DNA of 64,000 nucleotides from NCBI RefSeq assembly GCF_057098645.1, contig NZ_CM169472.1; one strand, 5' to 3'. Shown piece by piece: positions 54,985 to 64,000 of this stretch (position 1 is its first letter; each line of letters starts with the position of its first letter). The notes under the pieces were generated by a model. It saw only the letters and a program-made list of their open reading frames with translations, ran no database searches and was not told where the DNA came from. The position numbers and the translations under genes were made by a program.

Positions 54985-56142
54985 ATGGCTGGCTGGCATC
55001 TTGATACCAAAATGGCGCAGGATATCGTGGCACGTACCATGCGCATCATCGATACCAATATCAACGTAATGGATGCCCGTGGGCGAATTATCGGCAGCGG
55101 CGATCGTGAGCGTATTGGTGAATTGCACGAAGGTGCATTGCTGGTACTTTCACAGGGACGAGTCGTCGATATCGATGACGCGGTGGCACGTCATCTGCAC
55201 GGTGTGCGGCAGGGGATTAATCTACCGTTACGGCTGGAAGGTGAAATTGTCGGCGTAATTGGCCTGACAGGTGAACCAGAGAATCTGCGTAAATATGGCG
55301 AACTGGTCTGCATGACGGCTGAAATGATGCTGGAACAGTCGCGGTTGATGCACTTGTTGGCGCAGGATAGCCGTTTGCGGGAGGAACTGGTGATGAACCT
55401 GATTCAGGCAGAGGAGAATACTCCCGCACTTACTGAATGGGCGCAACGGCTGGGGATCGATCTCAATCAACCGCGAGTGGTGGCTATTGTTGAGGTCGAC
55501 AGCGGTCAGCTTGGTGTGGACAGCGCAATGGCGGAGTTACAACAACTGCAAAACGCGCTGACTACGCCCGAGCGTAATAATCTGGTGGCGATTGTTTCGC
55601 TAACCGAAATGGTGGTGTTGAAACCGGCGTTGAACTCTTTTGGGCGCTGGGATGCAGAAGATCATCGTAAGCGAGTTGAACAACTGATTACCCGCATGAA
55701 AGAGTACGGCCAGCTGCGTTTTCGCGTTTCACTGGGCAACTATTTTACCGGTCCTGGCAGTATTGCCCGATCCTATCGTACGGCGAAAACGACGATGGTG
55801 GTGGGTAAACAGCGGATGCCAGAAAGTCGCTGCTATTTTTATCAGGATCTGATGTTACCTGTGTTACTCGACAGTTTGCGTGGCGACTGGCAGGCCAACG
55901 AACTGGCGCGACCGCTGGCGCGGCTGAAAGCGATGGACAATAACGGCTTGCTGCGACGAACGCTGGCGGCGTGGTTTCGTCACAATGTGCAACCGCTGGC
56001 AACGTCAAAGGCGTTGTTTATTCATCGTAATACCCTGGAGTATCGGCTTAATCGTATATCGGAACTGACCGGGCTTGATTTGGGCAATTTTGATGACAGG
56101 TTGCTGCTGTATGTGGCGTTACAACTGGATGAAGAGCGGTAG
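54985..56142 (+). CDS. cdaR: Carbohydrate diacid regulator (transcriptional activator)
   Basis: ORF 54967..56142 (first codon GTG); start refined to the ATG at 54985 (MAGWHLDTKMAQDIVARTMRII...), 385 aa; GGAGG Shine-Dalgarno; C-terminal helix-turn-helix. Confidence 0.92.
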   Translation: MAGWHLDTKMAQDIVARTMRIIDTNINVMDARGRIIGSGDRERIGELHEGALLVLSQGRVVDIDDAVARHLHGVRQGINLPLRLEGEIVGVIGLTGEPENLRKYGELVCMTAEMMLEQSRLMHLLAQDSRLREELVMNLIQAEENTPALTEWAQRLGIDLNQPRVVAIVEVDSGQLGVDSAMAELQQLQNALTTPERNNLVAIVSLTEMVVLKPALNSFGRWDAEDHRKRVEQLITRMKEYGQLRFRVSLGNYFTGPGSIARSYRTAKTTMVVGKQRMPESRCYFYQDLMLPVLLDSLRGDWQANELARPLARLKAMDNNGLLRRTLAAWFRHNVQPLATSKALFIHRNTLEYRLNRISELTGLDLGNFDDRLLLYVALQLDEER

Positions 56143-56173
56143 GTTATGCGTTAAGGTTGAGGCGGCGCTGGCT

Positions 56174-56206
56174 CATTCCCCTCAGCCCGAAGGGTAGAGG
56201 GGAATG
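56174..56206. repeat. Inverted-repeat hairpin between cdaR and yaeH (possible bidirectional terminator)
   Basis: CATTCCCCTCagcccgaagggtaGAGGGGAATG, a 10-bp perfect stem between convergent genes; no adjacent T-run. Confidence 0.45.
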
Positions 56207-56230
56207 CCCGAGTTAACCGTCAGTTCGGGA

Positions 56231-56617
56231 TTATTTACGCGTTAGTTTTTCCAGATCGGCTTCAATCTCGCTGATCTTATTGGTTACGACTGACTCCAGG
56301 TGACGTAAGTCGTCGAGGATCTTACGCTTAAGATCAACTTCGCTGCGGTCACGCTGGCAGATTTGATCAAGCTCATCAATGATATACCGTAGATTCGGGC
56401 TGATTTCCTGGACTTCTTTATAACCCTGACCCACACCATCAGCGACGACCGTTTTACGCTGACGCGGATATTTAAACTTAACGCTCTTGGCGAAAAACTC
56501 GCCTTTGTCTTTCTGGAAATAGATTTTCAGAATATCGTTGTTGGCTTCCTGCCGGAGGCTGTAACGATCAATTTCTTCAGGATTGGTAATACCCAGACTT
56601 TTCAGATTGTCGTACAT
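56231..56617 (-). CDS. yaeH: UPF0325 family protein YaeH
   Basis: 128-aa [45 protein letters not shown]... matches YaeH. Confidence 0.92.
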   Translation of the reverse strand: MYDNLKSLGITNPEEIDRYSLRQEANNDILKIYFQKDKGEFFAKSVKFKYPRQRKTVVADGVGQGYKEVQEISPNLRYIIDELDQICQRDRSEVDLKRKILDDLRHLESVVTNKISEIEADLEKLTRK

Positions 56618-56778
56618 AGCGTTACCTCAAAATGAGTCAGTAAATTGTGCTTATTTTAGCATTTGGCCTGGCCCGCCCGGCTCGACTGTGATCGCAGAAA
56701 GCCTTTTTCTTCCAGACTTCTATCATGGCGTAAAAATCAAAAAATTACCTGCTTTATTGTGGCGATAAAATTCACGTT

Positions 56779-57591
56779 CTACACCAGTTCCAGCATCGTT
56801 ACTTCCGGGCGGCAGTTCAGACGCAAACCATACAAACAGCCCACGCCACGGGTTGTGTAGATGTGTCTTTCGCCAAAGGCATTTAATCCGGCGACGTAAC
56901 GTTTATCTTCGACAGGGGCAAAAGGTTCACCAACCAACGGTACGCGCAGTTGCCCGCCATGAGTATGGCCGCACAGCATCAGATCCCAGGGTTCATCACG
57001 CATGACTTCTTTGCTGTCGGGATTATGTGCCAGCACCAGACGAGGCAGATTTGCTTCGCTGGCGGGAGGTGGTTTGCATTGTCCGGCCCATAAATCACCG
57101 GTGCCTACCAGTTCGAATTGTCTGTTCGGCGTGGCGATCACCGTAGCCTGGTTAAACAACACCGTGATGCCCACTGATTTCAACGTCTCGCCAATTAAGT
57201 GATTTTTTTCAGTACCAACAGGGCGATCGTGGTTGCCGAAGCAGGCAAACGTCGGCGCACATTCGGCAAGGGGGGAGAGTACGTTACTAAACGCCGAAAA
57301 AATCAGCGGCATATCAAATAATACGTAGTCGCCACCCAGCAATATCAAATCGGGCTTTTGTTCTATGCCAAGAGCAATCGCGTCAGAAATTAGGCTTAAA
57401 GGAACAAAACGAGAGTAATGGAGATCTGCCAGAAAAAGAATTTTGAAGGGTGCGGCTTTGTCTTTAAAAAAGGCGATGCGCTGATGGGTTAATTCGAGCC
57501 AACCTGGTTCCCAATAACGCATATAGCCGAAGCCTGATCCGGCAGTTAACGTTGCGGCGGCAGCCAGTAACAAACATCTGCGTGAAATCAT
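56779..57591 (-). CDS. yaeI: Metallophosphoesterase (phosphodiesterase) YaeI
   Basis: 270-aa ORF MISRRCLLLAAAATLTAGSGFGYM... (twin-arginine-like signal) with calcineurin-like phosphoesterase motifs (GDYV, GNHD, GHTH). Confidence 0.9.
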   Translation of the reverse strand: MISRRCLLLAAAATLTAGSGFGYMRYWEPGWLELTHQRIAFFKDKAAPFKILFLADLHYSRFVPLSLISDAIALGIEQKPDLILLGGDYVLFDMPLIFSAFSNVLSPLAECAPTFACFGNHDRPVGTEKNHLIGETLKSVGITVLFNQATVIATPNRQFELVGTGDLWAGQCKPPPASEANLPRLVLAHNPDSKEVMRDEPWDLMLCGHTHGGQLRVPLVGEPFAPVEDKRYVAGLNAFGERHIYTTRGVGCLYGLRLNCRPEVTMLELV

Positions 57592-57644
57592 CGCTCATCC
57601 CTGCAAAAAAATCGGGCAGCGTCGTGCTGCCCGTGTGCATACTT

Positions 57645-58469
57645 TTAGTCGATGGTACGCAGCAGTTCGTTAATGCCGACTTTGCCGCGAGTTTTCGCGT
57701 CAACTTTCTTAACGATAACCGCACAGTAGAGGCTGTATTTGCCATCTTTCGACGGCAGATTACCTGAAACAACCACAGACCCCGCCGGAACGCGACCGTA
57801 GTGGATTTCGCCGGTTTCACGGTCGTAAATACGGGTGCTCTGACCAATGTATACGCCCATGGAAATGACGGAACCTTCTTCGACAATCACCCCTTCAACC
57901 ACTTCAGAGCGCGCGCCGATGAAGCAGTTATCTTCAATAATGGTCGGGTTAGCCTGCAGCGGCTCCAGCACGCCGCCGATACCCACGCCACCGGAAAGGT
58001 GGACGTTTTTACCAATCTGCGCACAGGAACCGACGGTCGCCCAGGTATCAACCATGGTGCCTTCATCAACATATGCGCCGATGTTGACGTAAGACGGCAT
58101 CAGCACGGTGTTACGGGCAATGAACGCGCCCTGACGTACCGCCGCTGGTGGCACAACACGGAAGCCTTCTTTCTGGAAACGTGCTTCGTCGTAATCAGCG
58201 AATTTCATCGGCACTTTATCGAAGTAGCGGCTTTCTGCCCCTTCGATCACCTGATTATCATTAATACGGAAAGAGAGCAGTACCGCTTTTTTCAACCACT
58301 GATGCGTCACCCACTGACCGTCAATTTTTTCCGCTACACGCAGTGCGCCGGAATCCAGCAGGGCGATCACCTGATTTACCGCTTCGCGGGTAACGGTGTC
58401 TGCATTGGCTGGCGTGATCTCGGCACGGCGTTCAAAAGCGGTTTCAATAATGTTCTGTAACTGCTGCAT
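57645..58469 (-). CDS. dapD: 2,3,4,5-tetrahydropyridine-2,6-dicarboxylate N-succinyltransferase
   Basis: 274-aa [64 protein letters not shown]... with left-handed beta-helix hexapeptide repeats. Confidence 0.96.
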
Positions 58470-58499
58470 TGTTAAACTCTTTTCATATCAGTAAACACA

Positions 58500-61190
<2,691 letters not shown>

Positions 61191-61203
61191 TTAAATTATC
61201 GCA

Positions 61204-61230
61204 TTAAAAAAGCCGGCATTCGCCGGCTTC
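61204..61230 (-). terminator. Rho-independent terminator downstream of map (minus strand)
   Basis: Hairpin AGCCGGCattcGCCGGCT with an adjacent a-run on the plus strand (a T-run on the minus strand after the stem), immediately 3' of map. Confidence 0.7.
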
Positions 61231-61233
61231 ATC

Positions 61234-62028
61234 TTATTCGTCGTGCGAGATTATCGCCGGGATGGTGTCATCCTTGCGTAGCGTCAGAATTTCGCAGCCG
61301 TTATCAGTCACCACAATAGTATGCTCATATTGTGCAGACAAGCTGCGATCTTTGGTTTTTACCGTCCAGCCATCTTTCATGGTGCGGATCTCTTTTTTAC
61401 CCGCGTTGACCATTGGCTCGATGGTGAACGTCATCCCAGGTTTCAGTACGACGTTGGTTTCACGGGAGTCATAGTGCAGCACCTGCGGTTCTTCATGGAA
61501 GCCGCGACCAATACCGTGTCCGCAATATTCACGAACGACGGAGAAGCCTTCTGCTTCGACAAATTTCTGAATCGCCGCACCGATTTCGCGCAGATTAATG
61601 CCTGGTTTTACCATGCGTAGCGCCAGGTACAGGCTTTCTTGCGTGATGCGGCACAGACGTTCGCCCATGATGGTCGGCTTACCGACGATAAACATTTTCG
61701 AGGTATCGCCGTGGAAACCATCTTTGATTACGGTGACATCAATGTTAACGATATCGCCATCTTTCAGCTGCTTAGCATCGTCCGGGATTCCGTGGCACAC
61801 CACTTCATTAATAGAAATGCAAACGGATTTCGGATAACCGTGATAGCCGAGGCAGGCAGAAACCGCGTGTTGTTCATTAACAATGTAATCATTACAGATG
61901 CGATCCAGCTCGCCGGTGCTGACGCCCGGTTTAACATACGGTTCGATCATCTCCAGCACTTCGGCAGCCAGCCGGCCAGCGACGCGCATTTTTTCGATAT
62001 CTTCTGGGGTCTTGATTGAGATAGCCAT
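61234..62028 (-). CDS. map: Methionine aminopeptidase
   Basis: 264-aa ORF MAISIKTPEDIEKMRVAGRLAAEVLEMIEPYVKPGVSTGELDRICNDYIVNEQ... matches Map. Confidence 0.96.
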   Translation of the reverse strand: MAISIKTPEDIEKMRVAGRLAAEVLEMIEPYVKPGVSTGELDRICNDYIVNEQHAVSACLGYHGYPKSVCISINEVVCHGIPDDAKQLKDGDIVNIDVTVIKDGFHGDTSKMFIVGKPTIMGERLCRITQESLYLALRMVKPGINLREIGAAIQKFVEAEGFSVVREYCGHGIGRGFHEEPQVLHYDSRETNVVLKPGMTFTIEPMVNAGKKEIRTMKDGWTVKTKDRSLSAQYEHTIVVTDNGCEILTLRKDDTIPAIISHDE

Positions 62029-62173
62029 TAATTCTGTCCATCAGCGTCGGTGATACCGACAATATATATGTAAGTGCTGTCAATGGTATCACACCCGGGC
62101 AAATTGAGAATCATTCTGAATTTCGCCAAACGTGCCACTGAAGGTTTTCTATAATAGAAAATTCAACGTCTGA

Positions 62174-63121
<948 letters not shown>

Positions 63122-63170
63122 TAAGGCACGCTCGTACGAGCCCTTATAGACCAGGTAGTACACGTTTGGT

Positions 63171-63198
63171 TAGGGGGCCTGCATATGGCCCCCTTTTT
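63171..63198 (+). terminator. Intergenic hairpin plus T-run between rpsB and tsf (attenuator-type partial terminator)
   Basis: AGGGGGCCtgcataTGGCCCCCT followed by ttttt, upstream of the tsf start. Confidence 0.65.
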
Positions 63199-63255
63199 CA
63201 CTTTTATATCTGTGCGGTTTAATGCCGGGCAGATCACATCTCCGAGGATTTTAGA

Positions 63256-64000
63256 ATGGCTGAAATTACCGCATCCCTGGTAAAAGAGCTGCGTGAGCGT
63301 ACTGGCGCAGGCATGATGGATTGCAAAAAAGCACTGACTGAAGCTAACGGCGACATCGAGCTGGCAATCGAAAACATGCGTAAGTCCGGTGCTATTAAAG
63401 CAGCGAAAAAAGCAGGCAACGTTGCTGCTGACGGCGTGATCAAAACCAAAATCGACGGCAACTACGGCATCATTCTGGAAGTTAACTGCCAGACTGACTT
63501 CGTTGCAAAAGACGCTGGTTTCCAGGCGTTCGCAGACAAAGTTCTGGACGCAGCTGTTGCTGGCAAAATCACTGACGTTGAAGTTCTGAAAGCACAGTTC
63601 GAAGAAGAACGTGTTGCGCTGGTAGCGAAAATTGGTGAAAACATCAACATTCGCCGCGTTGCTGCGCTGGAAGGCGACGTTCTGGGTTCTTATCAGCACG
63701 GTGCGCGTATCGGCGTTCTGGTTGCTGCTAAAGGCGCTGACGAAGAGCTGGTTAAACACATCGCTATGCACGTTGCTGCAAGCAAGCCAGAATTCATCAA
63801 ACCAGAAGACGTATCCGCTGAAGTGGTAGAAAAAGAATACCAGGTACAGCTGGATATCGCGATGCAGTCTGGTAAGCCGAAAGAAATCGCAGAGAAAATG
63901 GTTGAAGGCCGCATGAAGAAATTCACCGGCGAAGTTTCTCTGACCGGTCAGCCGTTCGTTATGGAACCAAGCAAAACTGTTGGTCAGCTGCTGAAAGAGC
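63256..64000 (+). CDS. tsf: Elongation factor Ts, 5' portion (continues beyond the window)
   Basis: The ATG at 63256 opens [54 protein letters not shown]..., matching EF-Ts; there is no stop before the window end. Confidence 0.95.

Noticed and set aside
57801-58460. 219-aa plus-strand ORF opposite dapD
   Set aside because: Antisense to dapD; shadow ORF.

Overview
This window reads as a contiguous Escherichia coli-type chromosomal core segment, running from the 3' end of aceF through lpdA, yacH, acnB, speED, cueO, gcd, hpt, can, yadGH, yadI, yadE, panD, an Rpn-family gene (yadD), panCB, the yad chaperone-usher fimbrial operon, folK-pcnB-gluQ-dksA-sfsA-thpR, hrpB, mrcB, fhuACDB, hemL, clcA, erpA, yadS, btuF-mtn, dgt, degP, cdaR, yaeH, yaeI, dapD, glnD, map and rpsB to the 5' end of tsf. 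All identifications rest on reading the supplied six-frame translations and the DNA against protein and motif sequences recalled from memory; no database search was run. Gene order is the K-12 order, but the FhuA surface loops and the lengths of the yad fimbrial genes differ from what I recall for K-12, so this is probably a different E. coli or close relative. I found no CRISPR array, tRNA, rRNA, IS element, integrase or prophage. I do not see a clearly novel system. The best candidate for under-described biology is the Rpn-family gene inserted inside the pan cluster: it has an internal Shine-Dalgarno plus in-frame ATG before its C-terminal domain, and a second stand-alone copy of that domain 70 bp downstream. 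Other points worth a second look are the divergent FhuA loops, the AT-rich upstream region and allele lengths of the yad fimbrial operon, the 96-bp in-frame tandem repeats and His/Asp tract in yacH, recurring GC-rich CCCTC/GAGGG palindromes in three intergenic regions, and several recognisable regulatory elements (ERIC, REP pair with IHF site, CueR-type and sigma-E-type promoters, Fur box, rpsB leader). Several genes use non-ATG starts (GTG in acnB, hrpB, fhuB; TTG in speD; ATT in pcnB).
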